A DNA stretch of 64,000 bases from a virus: positions 1 to 64,000 of IMG/VR virus record IMGVR_UViG_3300033146_003395. The stretch is one strand, 5' to 3'. A model generated the notes under the pieces. The model did not search any database. It was given only the letters and a program-made list of their open reading frames with translations, and was not told the origin of the DNA. Every line of letters starts with the position of its first letter. Position 1 is the stretch's first letter. The translations under genes were made by a program, and so were the position numbers. Positions 55,878 through 64,000 of the stretch are shown here, piece after piece.

Positions 55878-56209
55878 AAATAAATTCAGAAATTAACACA
55901 GGTAAATTATTTGTCTTAAAATCTAAAGAATATTGCACCAATAATAATTATCTTTTTGATGAAGACAATGATTGTTTCCTTAACAAAGAAGAACATCTAT
56001 TTTGGTTTAATAGTACAATAGATGAAATTTGTCAAGTAGGATTTATTGATGTTAATTGTTATGGGAAAATCGTTGAGGTTTTTAACGTAGTTACCGGAGA
56101 CCAAATAAATTTGTGTTACCGTGTAAATAATGCAGCTGATTATTCAATAATTGATGATTGGATGGGAAAATATGTTGACCCAGAAAAAGAACCGGAGTAT
56201 TTTGTATGA
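55874..56209 (+). CDS. small protein, PEYFV tag
   Basis: Ends EKEPEYFV. Confidence 0.7.
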   Translation: MKINSEINTGKLFVLKSKEYCTNNNYLFDEDNDCFLNKEEHLFWFNSTIDEICQVGFIDVNCYGKIVEVFNVVTGDQINLCYRVNNAADYSIIDDWMGKYVDPEKEPEYFV

Positions 56210-56421
56210 CAAATTTTCAAAAGAAAATAATTGGTGCAATTTTTTATAAAAGACCTGCAAAAAGAGGAAACTTATTAGTAAGTTATATGGCTGAGCATGA
56301 GAAATATTATGAATGTCTCTATGCTACAGGTGCGACTTATCTTATAGAAAAAGATGACGTGATATGGGTTGGAGAATCTGAAGAACAATTTAAAGATGAG
56401 CACCCGGAGTATTTTGTATGA
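56206..56421 (+). CDS. small protein, PEYFV tag; tandem paralog of next ORF
   Basis: IG.IFYKR...YEC...G..Y.IEKD.V.WVG.S.EQF. Confidence 0.7.
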   Translation: MTNFQKKIIGAIFYKRPAKRGNLLVSYMAEHEKYYECLYATGATYLIEKDDVIWVGESEEQFKDEHPEYFV

Positions 56422-56630
56422 AAACAGATTTTATGACAATAGGGTATATCTTTTATAAGAGGACAAATGATAGAGGCACAAGGTTATCAAAATATATTAA
56501 TGAATTTGAAAAACATTATGAATGTGCTTTTATAACTGGTGGAAGTTATATGATTGAAAAAGATACTGTTCTATGGGTTGGAAAATCTGTAGAACAATTC
56601 GAAGAAGAAAATGCAGAGTACCTAATATGA
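56418..56630 (+). CDS. small protein, AEYLI tag; tandem paralog of previous ORF
   Basis: Ends ENAEYLI. Confidence 0.7.
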   Translation: MKTDFMTIGYIFYKRTNDRGTRLSKYINEFEKHYECAFITGGSYMIEKDTVLWVGKSVEQFEEENAEYLI

Positions 56631-56863
56631 AATTAACTAGAATGAAAAAAGTTGAAGATATTTACGAAAAAGATTATTGTCTTGTTAACGATGAGTTATT
56701 TTGTGTTACTAGTGTTTATTCAGGATTTAATAACACTATAATTATGGCTTATAATGAAGAATCTCATAAATATCAGCCATCGCTTTCTGAGGTTCAATAT
56801 AACTTTGGACCAGGAACTAGTTTTGAAGATATTAAAAGAGTATTTGCGGAGTATTTTGTATGA
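56627..56863 (+). CDS. small protein, AEYFV tag
   Basis: Start moved to coupled ATG 56627. Confidence 0.7.
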   Translation: MKLTRMKKVEDIYEKDYCLVNDELFCVTSVYSGFNNTIIMAYNEESHKYQPSLSEVQYNFGPGTSFEDIKRVFAEYFV

Positions 56864-57105
56864 AAACAGATAAAGGTCAAAATTTCTATGCCTTAGAGTA
56901 CAATGATACTGAGTGGATGACACAAAACGGTTTGGTATTAGAAATTAAAGATATGGACAAAATGCATGTGTTTAATAGTGTAAGGTTACTGCAAAGACGT
57001 AACAAAATTTTAGAACAAAGTGGGGAAGAACTCTACAAAATTCCTAGGTTATTAATAGCTTCTTACGAAAAATTTGAAGATGAGATGCCGGAGTATTTTG
57101 TATGA
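56860..57105 (+). CDS. small protein, PEYFV tag
   Basis: Ends DEMPEYFV. Confidence 0.7.
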   Translation: MKTDKGQNFYALEYNDTEWMTQNGLVLEIKDMDKMHVFNSVRLLQRRNKILEQSGEELYKIPRLLIASYEKFEDEMPEYFV

Positions 57106-57365
57106 TTAAATTTGGGGTAGGTGATACTGTAATCTACAAATATAGGGATACATTAATCCTTGCGAAGATCAAAGAAGAAAAAGAATGGCAAGATTCTTTA
57201 TGTGCATACGATACAGAAGTTATTTGTGGTAATCAAGATATTTATGGGGAACATTGGGAAATAGCTAAAGTTATTGAGAGGGGTAATGTCGAAGTATTAG
57301 CTGTTGTAAACACTGAATTTGATTATCATACTTGGATTCAAGACAACCCAGAGTATTTTATATAA
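57102..57365 (+). CDS. small SH3/KOW-like protein, PEYFI tag
   Basis: KFGVGDTVIY. Ends QDNPEYFI. Confidence 0.7.
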   Translation: MIKFGVGDTVIYKYRDTLILAKIKEEKEWQDSLCAYDTEVICGNQDIYGEHWEIAKVIERGNVEVLAVVNTEFDYHTWIQDNPEYFI

Positions 57366-57396
57366 ATATACCAAATATATAATACAAAGGTATAAT

Positions 57397-57756
57397 GTGA
57401 TAAAATATAGTGATTTAAATCAAAAACAAAAAGACAGAATTACCAATGGATGTGGCACTAAAGGCGGATGGATTAAACCACCAAATTTTATTTTCAAAGC
57501 ATCTTGTAATCAACACGATTTTTATTACTGGAGAGGTGTAACCGAGCACCAAAGAGAAATAGCGGATACTTCATTTTACAAATACATGAAACTTGATATT
57601 AAAAATGCTAATTATGGGTTCTTAAAAAGAAGTTGGTACAGTACTTGGGCTTTTAGTTATTATAAAGCAGTAAGAATATTTGGTAAGAAAGCTTTCAATT
57701 TTGAAAGAGAAATGACTCAGGCAGATTTACAAATTATTACTCAAACATACTCATAA
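57397..57756 (+). CDS. phospholipase A2-like / DUF1353-like late protein
   Basis: NGCG..F..SCNQHDFYY..R..AD..F...Y.AVR.FG. GTG start after AAGG. TATAAATA 57361-57368. Confidence 0.6.
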   Translation: MIKYSDLNQKQKDRITNGCGTKGGWIKPPNFIFKASCNQHDFYYWRGVTEHQREIADTSFYKYMKLDIKNANYGFLKRSWYSTWAFSYYKAVRIFGKKAFNFEREMTQADLQIITQTYS

Positions 57757-58639
57757 TTAGTTTCTCAAGTCCATATTTAGGCTCGTAGATTGTTCGCATC
57801 TTAGAGATATCTGGAATCCTAGAAGTAATCTCAGCATTAGTTCTAGCATCTGGAATACTTACAATCCTATGAAAATCCCCTGATACTTTTCCAACTAATG
57901 AAGCCAATTCATTCATAGTAATTGTATTATTATCATTACCTATATTAAGTATTTCGCCATTCATTTCTGTTATAAGTAATTCTAATACATTTACAGCATC
58001 TCTAATATCACAGAAACTTCTTACTTGTTCCCCTGACCCATATACTTCTATATCTTCTTGTGTTTTTGCAGCCATAACAAATCTAGGTAAAACCATACCA
58101 TAATTTGGAAGTTGCCCAGGCCCAGTAACATTAAAAAATCTTACAACTGTAAAAGGGAATGTATAAGTTTTAATTAAGAATTCACTCATAAGTTTCTGAC
58201 AAGCATACCCCCATCTCATTTGGTCCGGTGCACCTATTGTAAGCATATCTGTTTCTTTCATGGGAGTATCACTTGAGCCATATACCTCACTTGTTGAAGC
58301 ATAAATTACTTTAGGCTGGTGCTTCTCAAATAATGGAAACAAGTTGTTATTAATATTGAAAGAATTTTGCAGTGTTTCATTAGGGTTTTCACCAATTAAA
58401 TCTACACCTATACTTGAAGCAAAGTGATAAACTATATCAGCTTTTGCTACTATGGTTTCAATCATAACATTATCTGTTAAGTCTCCTAAATCTATATTAT
58501 ACACATCTTTTGTATTTTCTTCGTTTGAAGTTTTAAAATTATCTATGCGATAAACGTTATGTGTTTCTTTAAGTTGATTGTACAAGTGTGTGCCAATAAA
58601 ACCCGCACCACCCGTGATAATTATATTAAGTTTTTTCAT
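57737..58639 (-). CDS. NAD-dependent nucleotide-sugar epimerase/dehydratase
   Basis: ITGGAGFIG, STSEVYG, YACQK (YxxxK), RFFNVTGP, G.Q.RSF. Confidence 0.92.
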   Translation of the reverse strand: MKKLNIIITGGAGFIGTHLYNQLKETHNVYRIDNFKTSNEENTKDVYNIDLGDLTDNVMIETIVAKADIVYHFASSIGVDLIGENPNETLQNSFNINNNLFPLFEKHQPKVIYASTSEVYGSSDTPMKETDMLTIGAPDQMRWGYACQKLMSEFLIKTYTFPFTVVRFFNVTGPGQLPNYGMVLPRFVMAAKTQEDIEVYGSGEQVRSFCDIRDAVNVLELLITEMNGEILNIGNDNNTITMNELASLVGKVSGDFHRIVSIPDARTNAEITSRIPDISKMRTIYEPKYGLEKLIMSMFE

Positions 58640-58680
58640 ATTTTATTATAACGTATTATTATTAAATGAAGATTAAAGAA

Positions 58681-58742
58681 GTGAGCAGCCTGTCTATATA
58701 GACTTTAGGAAAAAGTAGGAGATAACGTATAAACTGCTCATG
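58681..58742 (-). ncRNA. candidate late small RNA
   Basis: TATAAATA at 58744-58751, then UGAGCAG...CUGCUCA closing stem with inner CCU-GUCUA/UAGAC-AGG hairpin. Confidence 0.35.
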
Positions 58743-58754
58743 ATATTTATAAAA

Positions 58755-59570
58755 TTATGATTTTCTTAATCTTCCTTTAGAAAATCCATCATATAGGTAA
58801 AATTCTGTAGGGTTGATAAGTTTAGATATAATTTTGTTATTTATCCAAATTCTATCCTTTACATTTGAAGAAAGTTTTTCTCTAGTTTCTTGTGAAATTT
58901 TATATATTACACCTTGCTGCCACCCATTATTTAGATAATAATCTAATTCATATATTTTAACCTTCTTTTGTTTTTTATCTATTTTATTAAATATAAAAAC
59001 TCTTCCTTTCTGCTCATTAGATATAGCCAATTTTCTTTCTTGTGTAAGTTCCTCTCTACCAATAGTATAATTTACTAAATCTATATCATTTATATTATCT
59101 CTAATATATTCACCTGTTATATTATTTCTCGCCCAAACTGTATTATAAACAGCCGATTTATCTTTAAGTTGTGAACTAGAATTCATAATATTACTTTTTA
59201 TATTATGTAATTTACCATACATAGGATTATTTTTACCTGAAACATCTCTTCCAAAAAAGCCATTCTTTTGCGCATAACTCATATTGATATAGTTATTATT
59301 TTTGACAACTTGATGTAATTTCTGAACTTTAAGTTCATGAATTAAAGCTATTTTTCTTCTATAAAATTTCTTTAATATACGAGTCTTAAATAAATGTGGG
59401 TTATTCTTTCTCTCGTGAATCCATATAGACTTATATCTTTTTGATGTAACTGTTCCATTATATCCATTTAATATTTTTTCTATTGATGTAGATCCTATAT
59501 ACCATTCAGGAAGTTTATCACCTGTATAATGAGTTAAATATGTGCAGTATTGTTTATTTGATGTAGACAT
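58755..59570 (-). CDS. GIY-YIG-like homing endonuclease; paralog of 25397
   Basis: YCTYLTHY..WYIGST..GYNG, GFFGRDVSGKNNPMYG. Confidence 0.8.
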   Translation of the reverse strand: MSTSNKQYCTYLTHYTGDKLPEWYIGSTSIEKILNGYNGTVTSKRYKSIWIHERKNNPHLFKTRILKKFYRRKIALIHELKVQKLHQVVKNNNYINMSYAQKNGFFGRDVSGKNNPMYGKLHNIKSNIMNSSSQLKDKSAVYNTVWARNNITGEYIRDNINDIDLVNYTIGREELTQERKLAISNEQKGRVFIFNKIDKKQKKVKIYELDYYLNNGWQQGVIYKISQETREKLSSNVKDRIWINNKIISKLINPTEFYLYDGFSKGRLRKS

Positions 59571-59591
59571 TGAAGTCTCCTATAATTAAAT

Positions 59592-59673
59592 TATAAGAGT
59601 GAATTACTAGGTTCAAATTAAATGTATATAGAGGAACCTAGTAGAGCTCTATACACATTTAATATCTCTTATA
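59592..59673 (-). ncRNA. structured RNA element, copy 3 (most divergent)
   Basis: UAUAAGAG-AUA-UUAAAUGUGUAUAGAG-CUC-UACUAGGUUC-CUCUAUAUACAUUUAA-UUU-GAACCUAGUA-AUUCA-CUCUUAUA. TATAAATA 59677-59684. Confidence 0.75.
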
Positions 59674-60508
59674 CTTTATTTATACTTTGTGCCCTTTTAA
59701 AATATTCTATTTTTTGATTTATCTTATCATAATTTTTATCATATAAAATATGTTCATGCCAAAAATATACATTTTCTAATTCATCATTAGTTAGTGTAGA
59801 TATATGTGCATAACCTTCGCCAATTTGATACTTCTCAATATATTCCATCTCAATTAAATTATTGGCATAGATATAATCCATTGCAAATTCTTCTATATCT
59901 TGTTGTGGCCTATCATGACAATATTCTGCCCATATAGGCCCAGGATTTTCAGTGAGTCTCTCAAGTTCATTATGAAATAGTGTATAGAAACCAGAATCTT
60001 TCTTTGAAATGGTGAAACCAGTATCGAATGTTTTCCAACCTTCAGGTAAAGGTCTCTGATCCTTAACTGAAACAGTATCATAAACACCACAAATAGGTTT
60101 ATTATAATTAACAATTGGGCTTGGTAAAGGTTTTATCAAACTCATATCACAATCTATATGAATCATAGTTTTAAAATTTAGATTTTCTTCACACCATTTA
60201 CCAACTAATGGAACTGACCAATAGCCACAAAAGAAATTCTCTGTTTCCTTCATATATTCTTCCATATATATTACATCCATCTCTTTAAGTTTCTGGGCAT
60301 CTTCAGTTTTAAGTGTATTGTTAGTAGGACAAATAGCATAGATTGGAATATCTTTATATATTCCTCCATTTTCTCGCCAGGCTTTAACAGATAAAATAAT
60401 TTCATCAGCATATAATCTTTGGTTACTATATACTCCTTGTTGATTATTTAAATTGTCTTCATTATTTTCAACAACATACATTAATATTGTTTCTTCTATA
60501 TTATTCAT
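59669..60508 (-). CDS. putative GT-A glycosyltransferase
   Basis: HIDCDM DxD motif, FDTGF. Located in the sugar cluster. Confidence 0.6.
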   Translation of the reverse strand: MNNIEETILMYVVENNEDNLNNQQGVYSNQRLYADEIILSVKAWRENGGIYKDIPIYAICPTNNTLKTEDAQKLKEMDVIYMEEYMKETENFFCGYWSVPLVGKWCEENLNFKTMIHIDCDMSLIKPLPSPIVNYNKPICGVYDTVSVKDQRPLPEGWKTFDTGFTISKKDSGFYTLFHNELERLTENPGPIWAEYCHDRPQQDIEEFAMDYIYANNLIEMEYIEKYQIGEGYAHISTLTNDELENVYFWHEHILYDKNYDKINQKIEYFKRAQSINKV

Positions 60509-61121
60509 TATTTTCCTTAAAATATTTTATTACCGATAAGTCTTTATAGTCTCTGTATGATCCTGCATTGTCAGGTCTTAAATCTATTTGATTCAGAATT
60601 AGTAATCCTTGCGCTGCCATCTCTGGTGACATATTCATATGAAAACCTTGTACCCAATCTTCCATTTCTATAATAGGACTACGCCCATCAAATGCCATCA
60701 TTTTAAGTCTTTCATAAGTATCTGCATCATCTGTTAAAATTGCCCCACCTTTTCCGATATTAAGTCTCTTCTTCTGATGAAAGCTTAAGCACTGAATAAA
60801 TCCAGGTCTATACATACCTCTATGAAAATCTACTGCTGAGTCTATAATATTAGTCCCTTCAATTTCATAAGAGCCTTTCCATTTCTGGTCTGTGAACTCT
60901 ACATTAAATCCAGCATTTACAATACTGTGTGGAACACCGACATAAGTACTCTTAGGTACATATAATGTGTTAGCCTCAACAGGTATATATGCTGTTTTAT
61001 TTAATAAACTTAAGCTTAAAAATATTGCATTAGTACAACTATCAGTTAAGACACAATACTTAGCTCCTGTATATCTACAAATTTCTTCTTCAAATTTGTC
61101 TATAAAAAATTGATTATTCAT
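60501..61121 (-). CDS. DegT/DnrJ/EryC1/StrS PLP aminotransferase (short form)
   Basis: FEEEI..Y.GAKY.V...SCTNAI, IDSA, SFHQKKRL..GKGGAILT. Confidence 0.85.
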   Translation of the reverse strand: MNNQFFIDKFEEEICRYTGAKYCVLTDSCTNAIFLSLSLLNKTAYIPVEANTLYVPKSTYVGVPHSIVNAGFNVEFTDQKWKGSYEIEGTNIIDSAVDFHRGMYRPGFIQCLSFHQKKRLNIGKGGAILTDDADTYERLKMMAFDGRSPIIEMEDWVQGFHMNMSPEMAAQGLLILNQIDLRPDNAGSYRDYKDLSVIKYFKENNE

Positions 61122-61122
61122 T

Positions 61123-62388
61123 TTACTTTTCCTTTATTCTTTGAATATCTAGACTCGAACAATGTAGTGACCCAGCAAATATATGCGAATGTCTTAATTG
61201 CACTGGAATAACTTCAAATCCATTTTCTTCTAAAACTTCAATTGTTCCTAAAGCATCTTCCTGAACTATTACAGTTTTTTTATCAATGCTTAATATATTA
61301 ACTGACATTCCTTCATCACTAGCTAGTCTTAAATTTTTATTAGTTAAATATTTAATTTCTCTTTCTGGTGTATTCTTTGGATATAAGTAAATATATCCAT
61401 TATTAGGATGGAACTTACTTGGTAATTTCTTCCATACTTCTGGATAATTAGGATTAACCAAAAAAGTATTCTCATTTAAACTGACCAATACACCATCAAT
61501 GTGAGAATCACATAATTTTACTATATGAAATTCTTTATTAGGAAAGAAACTTTTTAACCATAAAAATCCAAGATATTGATTATAATTACTTATGTTAACT
61601 ATAATATCATCATTAAGCCTTAAAAAATTAGCCCCGTCAATTGCAGCTTCATAACTACTAGGAATATTATTAAAATCTCTATTCTTTTCCCAATCTTCAA
61701 TATCAACACTACTCTCGGTTAATATCGTTAAGGGGGCTTTTATCCATTGGGTTTTAAAATTATTAGTAACCTCTTTAAATATATTATACATAGCTAAATT
61801 TTCAAAAGCTCTATTTCTGACAATTACCGGGGTTTCTATTAATTTATCATCAATGACAATTGTTATATCTCTTACATTATTTGCTGGTGATAATTCAGAT
61901 TTAAAAGTGGTTGTTTTAAAAGGTATAACTTGTTTTAGAATATCAGGTCTATAAACAGTTATTCCCAATTCTTGTAATATAGTAGCTAAGTTATTTAAAT
62001 CTTCAATGCGTTCTTTTAATATTATATCATTAATTATATACTCATCACCTAAATCATTATATTCATATACAGATTGACCAAGATTTGACTTATAAAAATT
62101 TTTAAATGTAAAATCTATTACACGTTTAGATAATTCTAGTTCATTGCCAATTATAACTGCTTTTAATGTATCATAACTATTAGAACTATTAACTTCTATT
62201 TTTTTCTTTTTACAATTATCAAAATGCCATCTTTTAATTGCTCTAGGGTCTCCTTCTAAAAAACAATGTGGGCATTTAACTTTTTCTGTAAATCCTCGAG
62301 GTTTACCAATTTTACTATCTGATATTTTTTTTCTAGTTTCTTTGGTTAAGGTCTTTCCTTTATTGCCATTTGAAATCTTTTGTTTCAT
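61123..62388 (-). CDS. amidinotransferase (glycine/inosamine-phosphate type) with N-terminal NUMOD3 + zinc-finger fusion
   Basis: VNSSNSYDTLKAVIIG, VRD, IDGAN, HID, GSLHCSSLD. The first ~63 aa (KETRKKISDSKIGK, CPHC..KRWHFDNCK) match the C-terminus of the 25397 endonuclease. Confidence 0.85.
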   Translation of the reverse strand: MKQKISNGNKGKTLTKETRKKISDSKIGKPRGFTEKVKCPHCFLEGDPRAIKRWHFDNCKKKKIEVNSSNSYDTLKAVIIGNELELSKRVIDFTFKNFYKSNLGQSVYEYNDLGDEYIINDIILKERIEDLNNLATILQELGITVYRPDILKQVIPFKTTTFKSELSPANNVRDITIVIDDKLIETPVIVRNRAFENLAMYNIFKEVTNNFKTQWIKAPLTILTESSVDIEDWEKNRDFNNIPSSYEAAIDGANFLRLNDDIIVNISNYNQYLGFLWLKSFFPNKEFHIVKLCDSHIDGVLVSLNENTFLVNPNYPEVWKKLPSKFHPNNGYIYLYPKNTPEREIKYLTNKNLRLASDEGMSVNILSIDKKTVIVQEDALGTIEVLEENGFEVIPVQLRHSHIFAGSLHCSSLDIQRIKEK

Positions 62389-62407
62389 TATAATTCCTAA
62401 TTTTGAA

Positions 62408-62488
62408 TTATAAGAGGACTTTCCACGGTCAGATTAAAAGTGTAGATGGACCGTGGAAGAGCATCTACACTTTTAATATCTCTTATAA
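62408..62488 (-). ncRNA. structured RNA element, copy 4
   Basis: UUAUAAGAG-AUA-UUAAAAGUGUAGAUG-CUC-UUCCACGGUC-CAUCUACACUUUUAA-UCU-GACCGUGGAA-AGUC-CUCUUAUAA. TATAAATA 62491-62498. Confidence 0.75.
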
Positions 62489-62550
62489 CTTATTTATATT
62501 ATAACGGATTAATATTAAAATAATCTTAAATTGCCTGAAATTTAGTCCAA

Positions 62551-62601
62551 ATTTAAGCTTGTTTTAATGTTAAACATGGTATAATATAGTATATAAAGGA
62601 T
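62551..62601 (+). promoter_or_regulatory. early promoter repeat
   Basis: TTTAAGCTTGTTTTAATGTTAAACATGGTATAATATAGTATATAAAGGAT. Confidence 0.8.
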
Positions 62602-62606
62602 TTAAT

Positions 62607-63005
62607 ATGAATATTTTAGATAAAATCAGAGAATACGTAGATACAGATGTTATTATTGTTTTAGACAATGAGCAAATTACAGAAATTGATGAAGATAGCA
62701 AAGAGATTCTTTGTGTAGAAGGTGGAGTATATTCATTTGAAAGTATTGAAGACCGTTATGCTGAAGATATAATGTTTTATAAATCTTATGAATTAGAAAT
62801 GACTTATGATATTCGTGATTTTATCAAAGACCTTAAAAGATCTGAAAAAGACTTAGATAAATCTAAAGCTAAAAAAATGTTAGTATTAGAAATTAATGAA
62901 AGATATTTATTAAATCCTACTGAATTAGAAGAGTGTTATAACTTTGAATTTTTTGAAAATTTAAATGCAATTACAACACATAAATTTACACGAATGAAAG
63001 ACTAA
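62607..63005 (+). CDS. hypothetical early protein
   Basis: AAGGA RBS. Confidence 0.65.
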   Translation: MNILDKIREYVDTDVIIVLDNEQITEIDEDSKEILCVEGGVYSFESIEDRYAEDIMFYKSYELEMTYDIRDFIKDLKRSEKDLDKSKAKKMLVLEINERYLLNPTELEECYNFEFFENLNAITTHKFTRMKD

Positions 63006-63319
63006 TGAAATTATTTACATACGGTACACTTACTGGAGACCATTATACAATGGGTAATGCTACTTTTCTCGGTAAGTCAACAACAGTAAAAGAATATCAT
63101 AAAGGTCAAAATAATTGGTATCCATATCTGCTAGAAAAATCACAGTTGAGCACTGCAATTATTAGTGGTAACTTGTGGGAAATACCTGAAGAAGATTTCG
63201 GTGAAATTGATAGATATGAAGGTGCACCGGATTTATTTGATAAGAAACTTATTGAAGTCAAAAATGGAGATATTGTAGTACAGGCTTATTGCTATTTTAT
63301 AGACCCAAAGGAAATTTAA
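63005..63319 (+). CDS. gamma-glutamylcyclotransferase (AIG2-like)
   Basis: LFTYGTL, YPYL, I.G.LWE, IDRYEG.P..F, AY.Y. Confidence 0.8.
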   Translation: MKLFTYGTLTGDHYTMGNATFLGKSTTVKEYHKGQNNWYPYLLEKSQLSTAIISGNLWEIPEEDFGEIDRYEGAPDLFDKKLIEVKNGDIVVQAYCYFIDPKEI

Positions 63320-63793
63320 ATGAATAATATGATAGAGTATACCGGAAGATATTTTGTATTGTATAATAATACTGGAGATATGTTCAGAAAAGAAAATCCT
63401 GTAGATTTCGGACCGGCTTTCAGTAACAATAGTAATAATCGGGAATATTCATGTTATAAACCTCACAGAGTACAGGGAGATTTTTATCACAATGATAAAG
63501 AAATTCGCTTATATGACTCAAGAAGGTTACATCGTTATATGAAAAAAGAGGAAGTACAGGAACTTTATCCTGAGATGTTTACACCTTATGATGATGACAA
63601 GATAGATGATAAGTATTATCGATTACGATTAAATGGTCATGGCATGATAGAGTATATTGTAACTGAAGTTTTTAATAAAAAGATATGTATTAAGAGACCA
63701 TTAAGAGCACAGACTATAACACTTAGCGAAAAAAGCGAAGCTTGGATGAAAGAATCTGTAGCACGTGAAAAATATCCGGAGATGTTTATATGA
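63320..63793 (+). CDS. two-module protein with internal and terminal PEMF tags
   Basis: ELYPEMFT (internal) and EKYPEMFI (terminal). Confidence 0.7.
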   Translation: MNNMIEYTGRYFVLYNNTGDMFRKENPVDFGPAFSNNSNNREYSCYKPHRVQGDFYHNDKEIRLYDSRRLHRYMKKEEVQELYPEMFTPYDDDKIDDKYYRLRLNGHGMIEYIVTEVFNKKICIKRPLRAQTITLSEKSEAWMKESVAREKYPEMFI

Positions 63794-64000
63794 GTTTAAA
63801 AATTAAAAAAAAAGTGGACCTCTTTATAATAAGTTAAGAGCATCTAAAAAACAAATTCAGAATTATCAAATAGATATAGTATATCTGAAAAAAGATTTTG
63901 ACCCTTTTTCTGGTCTGTTAGATAGGATAAAACACGAGGAACAAATTGCTGAAATTGAAGAGAAAATAGATGAAGAAAAGAAGTATTATGACAAATTAAT
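63790..64000 (+). pseudogene. ORF with apparent frameshift in A9 tract; runs off window
   Basis: Coupled ATG 63790 gives MSLKIKKK and stops early. Another frame is open from the A-run (63805-63813) to the end: SGPLYNKLRASKKQIQ... Confidence 0.45.

Noticed and set aside
1-64000. Alternative genetic code (TAG/TGA recoding)
   Set aside because: Core genes are full length in code 11 and end in TAG, TGA or TAA; only one isolated in-frame TAG was seen.
1-64000. tRNA, rRNA, group I introns or inteins
   Set aside because: None recognised by eye. Core genes are uninterrupted and the endonucleases are free-standing. tRNAscan-SE/Infernal would be needed to be sure.

Overview
This is a 64 kb, very AT-rich segment of a large T4-like (myovirus) phage genome with rearranged T4 core modules. 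Replication genes include UvsW, gp45, gp32, RNase H, gp61 primase, topoisomerase II gp39/60 and gp52, and ligase gp30. Head and neck genes include gp2, gp4, gp13 and gp20-gp23. There is also an endolysin-holin-spanin cassette, about 12 intact or decayed homing-endonuclease-type genes, a nucleotide-sugar/aminotransferase/amidinotransferase cluster, and long arrays of small early ORFs. Early promoters (periodic TTTAA/TTAA tracts plus TGGTATAAT, no clear -35) and AAGGA ribosome-binding sites point to a Campylobacterota host (inference). T4-type late promoters (TATAAATA) are common. Two things are not explained by ordinary annotation. (1) A roughly 80-nt structured RNA element occurs in four dispersed copies, each directly after a late promoter and directly before an endonuclease(-derived) gene. 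Its stems covary fully, and a copy-specific 10-nt loop is complementary to a 10-nt bulge in the same copy. (2) More than 40 otherwise unrelated small proteins end in the same C-terminal tag (consensus E/K-x-Y/F-P-E-Y-F-V/I-stop). The DNA encoding that tag doubles as the ribosome-binding site and start of the next gene in tandem cassette-like arrays. A further shared RNA motif sits in the gp22 and gp23 leaders. All calls come from reading the sequence by eye; no database searches were run.
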